A stretch of DNA of 64,000 nucleotides from Deltaproteobacteria bacterium (lineage in GTDB: Bacteria; Desulfobacterota; Syntrophia; Syntrophales; UBA2210). Below the pieces are notes generated by a model, which made no database searches, was not told where the DNA came from, and saw only the letters and a list, made by a program, of their open reading frames with translations. Below are positions 29,585 through 39,353 of the stretch, one piece after another. The stretch lies in contig JAFGGB010000124.1 in NCBI GenBank assembly GCA_016930775.1, forward strand, positions 9,671 to 73,670, read 5' to 3'. Within the stretch, counting starts at the first letter, position 1, and every line of letters begins with the position of its first letter. Made by a program: the position numbers and the translations under genes.

Positions 29585-30412
29585 ATGAGTCTGAATTATA
29601 TCACATGGAAGAATGAAAATCGGGCAGTGCTGGAAACCTTCCCAGGCAAGAAGATTTATATGCTGTACACAGGGGGGAAGGACAGTTCGGTCATACTGTG
29701 GTTTCTCATATCAGCAGGCAAAGAATTCGGATTTGACTTCGAGACGAGTGCCGCTGTTTTTCCCAGGCAAGTTTTCCCGGAGTCAGATATTCAGAGACTT
29801 GACGGCTATTGGCGGGCAAAGAATGTAAATATTCAATGGCATAATCTGGACAGGCCGGATTCACTCCTGTCGGAGGCACAGGCAGAAGGAAGAAATCCTT
29901 GCTATGTTTGCCATATGATCAAGAGGGCATTTCTTTTCCAATACTTGGGGAAAGCTGACCAGATTCACAAGGATATAGTCATCATATTGAGTTTTTCATT
30001 ATGGGATATTGTGAGTTACACCATTGAGTACCTAGTGGGTGGTGTGTATGGTTCCGGAAACGGCAGAACAAGCCATAAGGAAAAGAGCGCCGAGCAAAGA
30101 TTTTTTGAAACATCTCAGCGTTTCTATCCATATATTGCATTGAGTGACGGGCTTTCCATTTTTAAGCCTCTGCTGAAATACAATGATCAGGAGATCATGA
30201 AAATCGTTCAAGAAGAAGGGATCCCGTTGGCCAGCGCCGAGTGTCAGTATAAACATTATACGCCTAAGCGGATATTATCTAATTATTACAATCAGGTAGA
30301 TGCTGTTTTTAACTATGATAATGTAATCAGTTTTGTTAAAGATAGTCTGAAAATGAATGATCTGTCATATTATGAGCATATGGGAAAGGAAGATTTCATT
30401 AAGGTCCTCTAG
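29585..30412 (+). CDS. PP-loop ATP pyrophosphatase, TtcA/TtuA-like (orphan)
   Basis: 275 aa. The PP-loop is MLYTGGKDS. A Cys pair NPCYVCHMIKR aligns with the TtcA CxxC, and a later Cys lies in ASAECQY. A 120-nt hand count at the 5' end gave about 44% G+C. Confidence 0.7.
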   Translation: MSLNYITWKNENRAVLETFPGKKIYMLYTGGKDSSVILWFLISAGKEFGFDFETSAAVFPRQVFPESDIQRLDGYWRAKNVNIQWHNLDRPDSLLSEAQAEGRNPCYVCHMIKRAFLFQYLGKADQIHKDIVIILSFSLWDIVSYTIEYLVGGVYGSGNGRTSHKEKSAEQRFFETSQRFYPYIALSDGLSIFKPLLKYNDQEIMKIVQEEGIPLASAECQYKHYTPKRILSNYYNQVDAVFNYDNVISFVKDSLKMNDLSYYEHMGKEDFIKVL

Positions 30413-30736
30413 ACGTGCGATAGTGAAACTGGAAAATCCTCAGTATAATTGTGGTAGTAAGGCGAATTTTTTGATCTACGATTAGAAACTTCAATGCATA
30501 TATGAAGTTGCCTTCAACTATTCTACAGGGAATGGGATCATTAAGGGCTATTGTGTGGATAGTAATGTATTCAAGGTTCAGAGAGTTTTTATGTATTTTA
30601 AGCACACTCCCTTGTCTTTCTCATAAAGAGATGTTTCGGATGTGAGCGAATGCAGAAAGGTCGCTGCCTGAAAGATGATACATTGAAGTGCGTTATTAGG
30701 CACTCAATTATAGTTCTTTAGCGAAAGGAGAACTGC

Positions 30737-31465
30737 ATGAAAGGAATCGTATTGGCCGGCGGCTTGGGAACGCGAATGCATCCTCTGACAAAGGTTACGA
30801 ACAAGCACCTGCTTCCCGTGTACGATAAGCCGATGATCTACTATCCCATAGAGACTCTTGTAAACGCCGGTATTGAGGAAATACTGATCGTTACCGGCGG
30901 CAACAGCGCCGGTGATTTTCTCAAGCTCCTGGGAAACGGGAAGGCTTTCGGCCTGAAGCATCTCAACTACACATATCAGGAGGGCGAGGGCGGCATCGCC
31001 GCAGCATTGGCTCTTGCGGAGTACTTTGCGGACAAAGACAGGATTATTGTCGTGCTGGGCGACAACATAATCGAAGGAAATATCCGGAAGGCCGTTCAGG
31101 ATTTTATTAAACAGGAATCAGGCGCCAAAATAATGCTGAAAGAGGTTTCCGATCCCAATCGCTTCGGCGTTCCCGCTTTTGAAAACGGCAAGATCGTCAG
31201 GATTGACGAGAAACCGGAGCATCCTGCATCGTCCTACGCGGTAATCGGCGTGTATATGTACGACAGCAATGTCTTCGATGTGGTCAAAACATTAAAGCCG
31301 TCAGTCCGGGGCGAACTGGAGATAACCGACGTGAATAATCACTACATCAAGGAAGGGATAATAACCTATGAAATCCTTGAAGGTTGGTGGACCGATGCGG
31401 GAACATTTGACTCCCTTAAATACGCCACAAACAGGGTAGCCGAAACGGGGGCCAATAAACTCTGA
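30737..31465 (+). CDS. Sugar-1-phosphate nucleotidylyltransferase (short RmlA-like glucose-1-phosphate thymidylyltransferase family)
   Basis: 242 aa. Motifs: MKGIVLAGGLGTRMHPLTKVTNKHLLPVYDKPMIYYPI and VLGDNI. Confidence 0.85.
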   Translation: MKGIVLAGGLGTRMHPLTKVTNKHLLPVYDKPMIYYPIETLVNAGIEEILIVTGGNSAGDFLKLLGNGKAFGLKHLNYTYQEGEGGIAAALALAEYFADKDRIIVVLGDNIIEGNIRKAVQDFIKQESGAKIMLKEVSDPNRFGVPAFENGKIVRIDEKPEHPASSYAVIGVYMYDSNVFDVVKTLKPSVRGELEITDVNNHYIKEGIITYEILEGWWTDAGTFDSLKYATNRVAETGANKL

Positions 31466-31499
31466 ATCCCTTGCGAAGCATCGGGGAAAGGCGAGAAAA

Positions 31500-31955
31500 A
31501 TGATTGAAGGTGTAAAAATCAAACGGCTTCGAGTGATGCCGGACGAACGGGGACGCTTAATGGAAATTCTTCGTTCCGATGATGAAATCTTCGAGCAGTT
31601 CGGACAGGTTTATATGACGACGGCCTATCCTGGAGTCGTCAAAGGCTGGCATTACCACAAAAGGCAGTCCGACAACATGGCCGTTGTGCGGGGCATGATG
31701 AAAATCGTTCTCTACGACAGCAGAGAGGCGTCGCCGACGTTCGGTGAAGTGAACGAGTTCTTTGCCGGCGATCATAACCCTATACTGCTCCACATACCGC
31801 CGTATGTCTTCCACGGATTTAAATGCATCTCCGAGGATGAAGCCATCGTCGTCAACACGCCGACTGAACAGTACAGGTACGATGATCCCGACGAATTCAG
31901 AGTACATCCCCACGAGAATGACATTCCTTACGACTGGACGCGAAAGAACGGCTGA
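31500..31955 (+). CDS. dTDP-4-dehydrorhamnose 3,5-epimerase-family cupin (short form)
   Basis: 151 aa. Motifs: PDERGRLMEILR, GWHYHKRQSDNMAVVRG, and IPPYVFHGF. Confidence 0.8.
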   Translation: MIEGVKIKRLRVMPDERGRLMEILRSDDEIFEQFGQVYMTTAYPGVVKGWHYHKRQSDNMAVVRGMMKIVLYDSREASPTFGEVNEFFAGDHNPILLHIPPYVFHGFKCISEDEAIVVNTPTEQYRYDDPDEFRVHPHENDIPYDWTRKNG

Positions 31956-31983
31956 GTCCGGTCATTTGCGGTGCTGTAATAAA

Positions 31984-32035
31984 GAATTAACCCGCTCGGT
32001 TAAACCGAACGGGTTAATTCTGATGTTTCTTGATT
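31984..32035. terminator. Long perfect hairpin between convergent genes (bidirectional terminator)
   Basis: GAATTAACCCG (31984-31994) pairs with CGGGTTAATTC (32010-32020). There is additional inner pairing TCGGT/ACCGA. It is followed by tgatgtttcttgatttc. Confidence 0.7.
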
Positions 32036-32050
32036 TCAGAATGCGGCGAT

Positions 32051-33463
32051 TCAGAGAGTCTTGAGATATTCGTTTATTGCCCTGGCAGCTCTCTTGGCGT
32101 CGCCCATGGCTTCTATTACCGTGGCGGAACCCCGTACAATGTCGCCTCCCGCGTATACGCCTTTTCGGCTTGTGGCGCCGGTTTGGGGGTCGGCGACAAT
32201 GTAACCCCAGCGGTTCGTTTCCAGTCCCGGCGTTGTGGCCGGAACGACCGGATTCGCCTGCGTGCCGATTGCAACAACAACCATATCCACATCGATGACA
32301 AACTCGGAACCCTTGATGGGGATCGGTCGCCGACGACCGGAGTCATCGGGTTCTCCCAGTTCCATCTGAATGCATTTCATCCCCGTCACCCAGCCCTTCT
32401 CGCCGCCAATGAATTCCACGGGGTTGGTGAGGAATTTGAACTGCACTCCCTCTTCTTCAGCATGGTGAATTTCTTCGATCCTGGCAGGCAGTTCGGTTTT
32501 CGACCGGCGATAGACTATATAGGCGTTGTCGGCCCCGAGGCGCAGAGCTGTTCGCACAGAGTCCATAGCGACGTTGCCCCCGCCGAGGACTGCAACGTTT
32601 TTTCCAAGAGCGATGGGCGTGTCGTAGTCGGGGAAACGGTAGGCTTTCATGAGGTTTGATCTGGTTAGATACTCATTGGCCGAGTAAATGCCGCTCAGAT
32701 TTTCACCGGGAATGTTCATGAAGACGGGAGCGCCGGCGCCGACGCCAAGGAATACGGCGTCGTAGCCCTCGGCTAAGAGGTCATCGACGGTCTTTCCACG
32801 GCCTATAACCACATTGGGACGGATTTCGGCCCCCAGCTTTTTCAGATAATCAACCTCTGCATCGACTATAGCCTTGGGGAGCCGGAATTCAGGGATGCCG
32901 TAGATCAGAACGCCGCCCGGTTTGTGGAGACCCTCAAAGATCGTAACAGCGTGCCCCATCTTCACAAGATCTCCGGCAATGGTCAGCCCGGCGGGACCGG
33001 AACCGACGACGGCTGCCCGCTTGCCCGACGAGGACGCCTTTTTCGGAATCTGTATATCGCCCGATTTCCGCTCGTAGTCGGCCACGAACCGTTCAAGCCT
33101 TCCGATGGCTACCGGATCGCCCTTCTTTGCGAGGACGCAGACCACTTCGCACTGCGTTTCCTGAGGACAGACCCGGCCGCATATGGCGGGGAGCGTGTTA
33201 GTTTCCTTGATTTTCCTGGCCCCTCCGATGAAATCGCCTTCAGCGACCAGTTTAATAAAACCGGGAATGTCGATTTCAACGGGACATCCCGCCATGCAGG
33301 GCGGCTTCTTGCACTGAAGGCATCGTTGCGCTTCCAACAGCGCAACCTCGTCGGAATATCCGAATGGAACCTCGTCAAAGTTGTGACGCCGGACCTGGGG
33401 TTCCTGTTCGGCCATCGGTTGACGGGGAATTTTTTCTTTCTTTTTCGTTGGATTATCGCTCAT
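32051..33463 (-). CDS. nfnB: NADPH-dependent glutamate-synthase-small-subunit-like flavoprotein; NfnB/SudA-type subunit of NADH-dependent reduced ferredoxin:NADP+ oxidoreductase
   Basis: 470 aa. The N-terminal Fe-S motifs are CLQCKKPPCMAGCPV and CGRVCPQETQCE. Dinucleotide folds are VVGSGPAGL and VLGGGNVAMD. It overlaps the partner gene by 11 nt. Confidence 0.85.
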   Translation of the reverse strand: MSDNPTKKKEKIPRQPMAEQEPQVRRHNFDEVPFGYSDEVALLEAQRCLQCKKPPCMAGCPVEIDIPGFIKLVAEGDFIGGARKIKETNTLPAICGRVCPQETQCEVVCVLAKKGDPVAIGRLERFVADYERKSGDIQIPKKASSSGKRAAVVGSGPAGLTIAGDLVKMGHAVTIFEGLHKPGGVLIYGIPEFRLPKAIVDAEVDYLKKLGAEIRPNVVIGRGKTVDDLLAEGYDAVFLGVGAGAPVFMNIPGENLSGIYSANEYLTRSNLMKAYRFPDYDTPIALGKNVAVLGGGNVAMDSVRTALRLGADNAYIVYRRSKTELPARIEEIHHAEEEGVQFKFLTNPVEFIGGEKGWVTGMKCIQMELGEPDDSGRRRPIPIKGSEFVIDVDMVVVAIGTQANPVVPATTPGLETNRWGYIVADPQTGATSRKGVYAGGDIVRGSATVIEAMGDAKRAARAINEYLKTL

Positions 33464-34292
33464 GACAGGTGCACCTCGTGCTTTCCGTAGCTTGTTTTTC
33501 CTGGTCGCAGTACATTCTCAGGCGCGTCGCGAGGAGTGCGAAATCGACTTCATGTCCGTCGAATTCCGGTCCGTCGACGCAGGCGAATTGGGTTTTACCG
33601 CCGACGGCCACTCTACAGGCGCCGCACATCCCGGTTGCATCCACCATGATTGGATTCAGGCTCACGACAGTCGGGATTTTATGGGGCCGCGTTACCTCGC
33701 AGACAACTCTCATCATCGGAACCGGGCCGATGGCATAGACCCTGTCGATTTTTTCTCCCGACGTAATGAGGTTCTGCAGGATATCGCTCACGAAACCGTG
33801 ATGGCCGTAACTGCCGTCGTCCGTCGATATGAGGAGCTTGTCGCTGATGGCCTTGAGTTCTTCCTCCAGGATGAGGATGTTCTTTGTACGGGCGCCGATA
33901 ATTGAAATAACCTTGTTCCCCGCTTCTTTCAGAGCCTTCGTTATCGGGTATGCTACACCGATTCCGACGCCGCCTCCGACACTGACGACCGTGCCGAAGT
34001 TTTCGATTTCCGTAGGACGACCCAGCGGGCCGAGAACGCTGAAGAGCCTGTCTCCGGCTCTCATCTCGGCGAGTTGCGCCGTCGTTTTTCCTACAACCTG
34101 ATAGATGATTGCGAGGGTTCCCTTTGCGGCGTCGGAGTCCACAATGGTCAGCGGTATGCGTTCTCCTTTTTCGTCGATCATGAGCACGACGAATTGGCCG
34201 GCTTTTCTCGTGTCGGCAATGTCCGGCGCCTCAATCACCATGCGTACCACAATGTCGGACAGCTTCGTGTTTTCAATCACTTCGTTTAGCAA
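33453..34292 (-). CDS. nfnA: Ferredoxin-NADP+ reductase-like subunit with [2Fe-2S] site; NfnA/SudB-type
   Basis: 279 aa. Motifs: FVVLMIDEKGERIPLTI, VGGGVGIGVAYP, and the C-terminal cluster motif MCGACRV...C. Confidence 0.85.
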   Translation of the reverse strand: MLNEVIENTKLSDIVVRMVIEAPDIADTRKAGQFVVLMIDEKGERIPLTIVDSDAAKGTLAIIYQVVGKTTAQLAEMRAGDRLFSVLGPLGRPTEIENFGTVVSVGGGVGIGVAYPITKALKEAGNKVISIIGARTKNILILEEELKAISDKLLISTDDGSYGHHGFVSDILQNLITSGEKIDRVYAIGPVPMMRVVCEVTRPHKIPTVVSLNPIMVDATGMCGACRVAVGGKTQFACVDGPEFDGHEVDFALLATRLRMYCDQEKQATESTRCTCHER

Positions 34293-34376
34293 GGCTTACT
34301 CTCCTTAAAGGTGAATTTACATATATGAAGATTGAGCGCCGCCCATGCCGAAGGCGGCAACTAAGATCCGATCGCG

Positions 34377-35561
34377 ATGTTCGAGGGATGAGAGAGGCTA
34401 TCCCCGGGTTCGAATCATTAGACGGCATGACGTCGCTCACTGCAAAGCGAGATGAATGTCATCGACGCGCAGCCTTCCGGTCTGCTCCCGTAGCCGATCC
34501 CCCCCGGATTCGAGCCGCTCTTGTAGCACAAAGGAACCGGTAAGTCAAAAATCTTTTGCGGCCGTTGCGCCCTGGTTGTCTGTTTTGCCAAAGGGGCGAT
34601 GATTATATTGCATGCCCTTGATAGAATTACGAAACACTGAAAGGTTGATGCCTGTCTGGACAAGAGGCTTCGTCTTGACAGACCTGGAACGGAGAGAGGG
34701 TTCGTGGCAGCAATTAGCGGCAAGAAAATCATCGTCACTGCAACGGATTGCGAAAAGGTCCTGCCCCTGTAACCGACGCCCTTCTTTACGAGGGTTCGCG
34801 TGTTGTCGGGAGAAGAGGTATTTTAGGGACCTGCGGGAAGTAAATCGTCTGCAGTCGGAGCTCGTCAAGTTGGAAAGACTTGCAGCCACCGGTCAGACAA
34901 CGGCGCGACTCGCCCATTATATCAAGAACATTCTCGCCGGTCTGAGAGGCGGCACGTACATTTTGAACATAGGACTTGACAAAAGTGATGTGGTTAAGAT
35001 AAGAGCCGGCTGGGATGTCTCCAGCGGAACATTGACAGGATATCCTCTCTGGTTCAGGACCTCCTATCCTATTCAAAGGAATGGGAACCGGACTTTCAGA
35101 GTTGATTGCCCGACGAGGTGGACGAAGATATCTGCGAGCTTATGGAAGACAATGCTTGAGAAGAAGTGGCCCTCGTCAGGGAGTTCGATCCATCGGTTGG
35201 TGAAGTGTTGATGGATTCGAACGCCATACATCGAACGTTCTTGAACATTGTTTCAAATGCCATCGATGCCTGGTTCTACGATACTGGGATTGATATCTCG
35301 CACAGCGGAATTGTCAGGACCGCCCGAGCAGATGGCAACATGATACGCTTTGAGGTTACGGACAATGGGTCAGGAATGAGCTGCGTGGTCCGAGCGAAAC
35401 TCTAGCCTTTTTTCAGTGCAAAGCTGGAAAGAGGAACGGGGCTCGGTCTCCTGGAAACGCGAAAGCTCGTTCTTGAACACGGTGAAACAATCGACGTTGA
35501 ACCCCGGCCGGGGGAGGGATCTCCATTTGTCATGAAGATTCCCTGCCGGGGTAGAGAATGA
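34377..35561 (+). pseudogene. Decayed PAS-histidine kinase gene (frameshifts plus three in-frame stops)
   Basis: The H-box region LERLAATGQTTARLAHYIKNILAGLRGG is in one frame. From 35022 a second frame reads QRNIDRISSLVQDLLSYSKEWEPDFQS*LPDEVDEDICELMEDNA*EEVALVREFDPSVGEVLMDSNAIHRTFLNIVSNAIDA...DNGSGM..AKL*PFFSAKLERGTGLGLLETRKLVLEHGETIDVEPRPGEGS. The stops are at 35103 (TGA), 35157 (TGA) and 35403 (TAG). The 5' boundary is approximate. Confidence 0.8.
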
Positions 35562-35616
35562 TTGTCTCGTTCGCTGCCGGCATATTGATGAAGCGTTTAT
35601 GTAAGGAGACGTTCGC

Positions 35617-36027
35617 ATGCCCAAAATGGTTCTCCCGGTCGATGACAATCCCGATAGAAGAGCATTCATTCAAACAGTCCACGAAGATCATAATTTCATT
35701 CCTCTCCTGGCGCGAAACGAAGAAGAAAGTTTCTCGCTTGTCAAGGATGAACATCCCGACCCTGTCAGCCTCGGCATTCTGATGCCAAAACAGAGCGGCA
35801 TCAAAATGCATCGGATTATGAAAACGGATGAAGATCTGAAGCGGATTCCAATAATACGGAACTCAAACGGGAGATCAATGGACGCTTACAAGTCAGATTC
35901 ATGTTCTGTTCCGATCATCCCCGGTTTTCCTGTGAACGTTGCTTTAGAGACTTGGAAAGCAAGGGCTGTAAATCAGAGGTTTCAGAGACGGTCTATGTCA
36001 CAAATGCCCGCGAATATTGGGGCTTGA
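35617..36027 (+). pseudogene. Degenerate response-regulator receiver domain (phospho-acceptor Asp replaced)
   Basis: MVLPVDDNPD matches the receiver N-terminus. PDPVSLGILMPKQSGIKM has Gly where the acceptor Asp is expected (consensus DLVLLDILMP). The C-terminal half no longer resembles a receiver. Confidence 0.6.
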
Positions 36028-36207
36028 CGCGTGAACATGCCCTCCGGAAAGCTTAGCCGATCAAGGTCATTTCTTTTCACAGGGCGCCCTGAAAAAATAA
36101 AAACATTTTTGTTTATGATAACAGGTTTTTTAACGCTAACAATAGGTGGACATGCAGAGGTGGATTTTCTGATGCCGGGTATGACGTATCAATCGTGACA
36201 TAAGGGG

Positions 36208-36834
36208 ATGAACATGGCAAAAAAGTTGGGAGATATCACGCAGGAACTGAGCGAAAAGGTGCTGGCGCCGGCAAAGGCTGAAGCGGCCGAGATCGTTCGT
36301 AACGCTAGGGAGCAGGCGGCTGCCATAATGGCGGAGGCGCAGGCTGCTGCGGAAAAATCAAGGACCGCCGCCAAAACCGACGCGGAGAATGTCCAGAAAC
36401 AACTTCAGGTCGATATGGATACGGCCGCCCGCAACTTTATCATTATGGTTCAGGAGAAACTCGATGCCGCGGTTGTAACCCCCGTTGTGGAAGGAGAAAT
36501 TAAATCCGCACTCGGCGACGCCGGTTTTCTCAAACGCATGATCGAAATTCTTCTGACCGAATTTCTTAAGAGTCAGAGCCGGGAACAGCCTCTTGAAATC
36601 CTGCTGCCCAAACAGAATCAGTCCGAACTCGAAGCCTGGTTTCGTGAGAAATTCCGGGAAAAACTGGCCGAATCTGTGGTCGTGCAGTTTACCGATAAGA
36701 TTACCTTTGGTTTTCACATCGGCGTAAAAGGGCAGGGCGCCTACTTCAACTTCAGTTCAGGTCTCGTGGAAGCCTTCTCCAATTTCTGCTCGCCGCGTTT
36801 CCGCAAACATTTCTTTGCCCGTGAGGAGTCTTAG
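36208..36834 (+). CDS. atpE: V-type ATPase subunit E
   Basis: 208 aa. It has an Ala/Glu/Lys-rich N-terminal helix (AKAEAAEIVRNAREQAAAIMAEAQAAAEK) followed by a globular C-terminus. It is the first gene of the V-ATPase operon. Confidence 0.8.
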   Translation: MNMAKKLGDITQELSEKVLAPAKAEAAEIVRNAREQAAAIMAEAQAAAEKSRTAAKTDAENVQKQLQVDMDTAARNFIIMVQEKLDAAVVTPVVEGEIKSALGDAGFLKRMIEILLTEFLKSQSREQPLEILLPKQNQSELEAWFREKFREKLAESVVVQFTDKITFGFHIGVKGQGAYFNFSSGLVEAFSNFCSPRFRKHFFAREES

Positions 36835-36840
36835 GAAAAC

Positions 36841-37569
36841 ATGAGCAACTACTATTTTCTCATGTGCCTGCTTCCTCCTATGCCTACGGCCCTGGGAGAA
36901 AAAATGTCGCTTGGTTTTGGCGAGATCGTCGGTATTGTCAAAAGAAATATCCATCCCGAACATCTTGAGGTTGCCTACGCCCATATTCAGAGCGTGGACG
37001 CCTTCAACTGGGAACAGATGGATCAGAAACGCGATCTCTTTCTCGAAGGGGGCCTGCTGTCCCGGGACGACATGGCCGGCAACAGGGAACTGCCCGATTT
37101 CATAAGGGCCTTCCGCGAAGAAAAAGAACGGGGCATTCACCGCGCCTATCTCTATGACCGGCTCTGGGAACTCTATTACAGCCATGCCCATGCCGTTGCC
37201 GAGCGTCTCGGATGCCAGTTTCTGGTCGATTACCTTTCCTGGGAAATCGAACTGCGGTCAAGTCTGGCGGCCATCCGGGTCAGGGAAAAAGGTGGAAACA
37301 TTGACGATCATGCCATTCTTGGCGCCGTCCATTCCCGTGATTACTCCAATCTCATTACACAATTAAAAAGTCAGAAAAATCCACTTCAGGCAGAACGTTA
37401 TCTGGATGAAGAACGTCTTCGGCAGATCTATCGATTCGAGGGGAGTTCAGGCTTCTCTCTCGATGCCCTGTTGGCCTATGTAACGCGTTCGGCGCTTTAT
37501 TCTCGCTGGGAAAAAATCAGCGAAAATTTCGATATCGAGACTTATTTATGGCATGGAGGTTCAACGTGA
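36841..37569 (+). CDS. DUF2764-type V-ATPase-associated protein (occupies the subunit C/d slot in Chlamydia-type operons)
   Basis: 242 aa. MSNYYFLMCLLPPM...DYLSWEIELRSSLAAIRVRE. Its position between E and A matches the chlamydial/spirochaetal V-ATPase operon layout. Confidence 0.65.
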   Translation: MSNYYFLMCLLPPMPTALGEKMSLGFGEIVGIVKRNIHPEHLEVAYAHIQSVDAFNWEQMDQKRDLFLEGGLLSRDDMAGNRELPDFIRAFREEKERGIHRAYLYDRLWELYYSHAHAVAERLGCQFLVDYLSWEIELRSSLAAIRVREKGGNIDDHAILGAVHSRDYSNLITQLKSQKNPLQAERYLDEERLRQIYRFEGSSGFSLDALLAYVTRSALYSRWEKISENFDIETYLWHGGST

Positions 37570-39353
37570 ATGGTCCCACACATGGTCGAATTGTGGCGGT
37601 GAATGGTCCTCTCGTTACCTGTGAAGTCGATGAGGGTTGGGAGGTTCTACAGAATGAGGTCGCGTATGTGATGTGCGACGGCGTGCCGTTGAAGGCGGAG
37701 GTCATCCGGATACGCGGCAGGCAGATCGACCTCCAGGTTTTTGAGAGCACAACAGGTCTGAAGGTCGGCGATCAGGCCGATTTTTCCGGCGAGCTGCTCT
37801 CAGCCTCGCTGGGTCCCGGCATGCTGGGCATGATTTACGACGGCTTGCAGAACCCACTCAAGGAACTGGTGAACGATCAGGGTTTCTTTCTGAAAAGGGG
37901 GCAGTATCTTCCAGCCCTCGATCAAAAAAAACTCTGGGATTTTGAGCCGATGGTCGAGGCAGGGACTCCGGTCAGGCCGGGGCACTACCTCGGACAGGTG
38001 ACGGAGGGTCTCTTCCCGCACCCGATCATGACGCCGCTCAGACTGCTGGGGACATGGGAAGTTAAGGAAATTAAACCCCGGGGTCAGTACACGGTCAACG
38101 ATACCATCGCGATCCTGAAAAGCACCGACTCTTCGCAGTCGGCACAGGAAGTGAATGTGACGCTCAAACAGGAGTGGCCGGTCAAGATGCCGATGCGCAC
38201 CTACGAGGAGCGCCTTCTTCCCGACACCCAGCTTCTGACGCAATGCCGGCTTATCGACATCTTCTTTCCCATGGCCGAAGGGGGAACGGCCTGTATCCCC
38301 GGTCCCTTCGGCGCCGGTAAAACCGTTCTCCAGCAGATCATCTCGCGTTACGCCCAGACGGATATCGTGATCATCGTGGCCTGCGGCGAGCGGGCCGGGG
38401 AGGTCGTGGAAACGATACGGGAGTTCCCGGGACTTGAAGATCCGAAAACGGGCAAGTCTCTGATGGACCGAACGGTCATCATTTGCAATACATCGTCCAT
38501 GCCCGTGGCGGCCCGCGAGGCATCGATCTACACGGGAGTTACGCTTGGCGAATATTATCGGCAGCTTGGTCTCAAGGTGCTGCTGCTGGCTGACAGCACG
38601 TCCCGGTGGGCGCAAGCGTTGCGCGAGTCTTCGGCCAGAATGGAGGAGATTCCCGGCGAGGAGGCTTTCCCGGCTTATCTTGAGAGTCGAATCGCCGCCG
38701 TTTATGAGCGTGCGGGCAAGGTTCGACTCTACAACGGCGACACCGGTTCGCTTACAATGATCGGCACAGTCTCGCCGGCGGGAGGAAATTTTGAGGAGCC
38801 CGTAACTCAGAACACCCTCAAGGTGGTGGGGGCTTTTCACGGCCTGTCCAGATCCCGGTCCGATCAACGCCGATACCCGGCCATTGATCCGCTGATTTCC
38901 TGGAGTCTTTATCTGGGGCAGATGCAGGCGTCGCTCAATACTCGCCATGAAAAATGGGTCAATCTCGTGCAGGAGGCCCATGAGATGATTTTCAAGGGAA
39001 GCGAAATTCACCAGATGATGCTTGTTGTGGGCGAAGAAGGAATCGGGCTGGACGATCTCGTCGTTTATTTTAAATCGGAAATCATTGACGCCGTCTGCCT
39101 CCAGCAGGATTCCTTCGATCGGGTTGACCAGGCGACCTCGCGGGAGCGCCAGATATCGGACTTCCTGCTGCTCATGGATATGGTGCATCATCCCTTTCGG
39201 TTTAAATCGAAAGAGGAGGTAAAATGCGAAATGGTCAATATGCAGAATCTTTTTTTCCAACTTAAATACTGTCCTTTCGGAGAGGAGGCCTATATGCGGT
39301 ATCGATCGGAGATAGAGGCCATTCTTGAAGAGAAGAAAGCGGTCAACTCATGA
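37548..39353 (+). CDS. atpA: V-type ATPase catalytic subunit A
   Basis: 601 aa. Walker A is GPFGAGKTV. Other motifs: [29 protein letters not shown] and [16 protein letters not shown]. Confidence 0.93.
   Translation: MAWRFNVNGPTHGRIVAVNGPLVTCEVDEGWEVLQNEVAYVMCDGVPLKAEVIRIRGRQIDLQVFESTTGLKVGDQADFSGELLSASLGPGMLGMIYDGLQNPLKELVNDQGFFLKRGQYLPALDQKKLWDFEPMVEAGTPVRPGHYLGQVTEGLFPHPIMTPLRLLGTWEVKEIKPRGQYTVNDTIAILKSTDSSQSAQEVNVTLKQEWPVKMPMRTYEERLLPDTQLLTQCRLIDIFFPMAEGGTACIPGPFGAGKTVLQQIISRYAQTDIVIIVACGERAGEVVETIREFPGLEDPKTGKSLMDRTVIICNTSSMPVAAREASIYTGVTLGEYYRQLGLKVLLLADSTSRWAQALRESSARMEEIPGEEAFPAYLESRIAAVYERAGKVRLYNGDTGSLTMIGTVSPAGGNFEEPVTQNTLKVVGAFHGLSRSRSDQRRYPAIDPLISWSLYLGQMQASLNTRHEKWVNLVQEAHEMIFKGSEIHQMMLVVGEEGIGLDDLVVYFKSEIIDAVCLQQDSFDRVDQATSRERQISDFLLLMDMVHHPFRFKSKEEVKCEMVNMQNLFFQLKYCPFGEEAYMRYRSEIEAILEEKKAVNS

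Noticed and set aside
34407-34416. GGTTCGAATC, the classic tRNA T-loop sequence.
   Set aside because: The flanks cannot form a T-stem, and no acceptor or anticodon arms are present. The stretch also reads as part of the decayed PAS region.
34469-34485. On the minus strand, a hairpin GCAGACC-GGAA-GGCUGC with a GNRA loop, superficially like the SRP RNA helix-8 apex.
   Set aside because: The conserved SRP symmetric and asymmetric loop sequences and the 5'/3' closing helix are not present. It is probably a chance hairpin in pseudogene or UTR sequence.
35103-35405. In-frame TGA (twice) and TAG in the kinase frame as possible selenocysteine or pyrrolysine recoding.
   Set aside because: The stops fall at positions where ordinary aliphatic or acidic residues are expected. 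Two different stop codons are involved, and I noticed no SECIS-like hairpin following them. Frameshifts occur upstream in the same gene. A pseudogene is the simpler reading.
37800-39260. 486-aa ORF antisense to atpA.
   Set aside because: The plus strand encodes a textbook V-ATPase A subunit with a Walker A motif. The antisense product is Arg/His/Leu-rich with no motifs.
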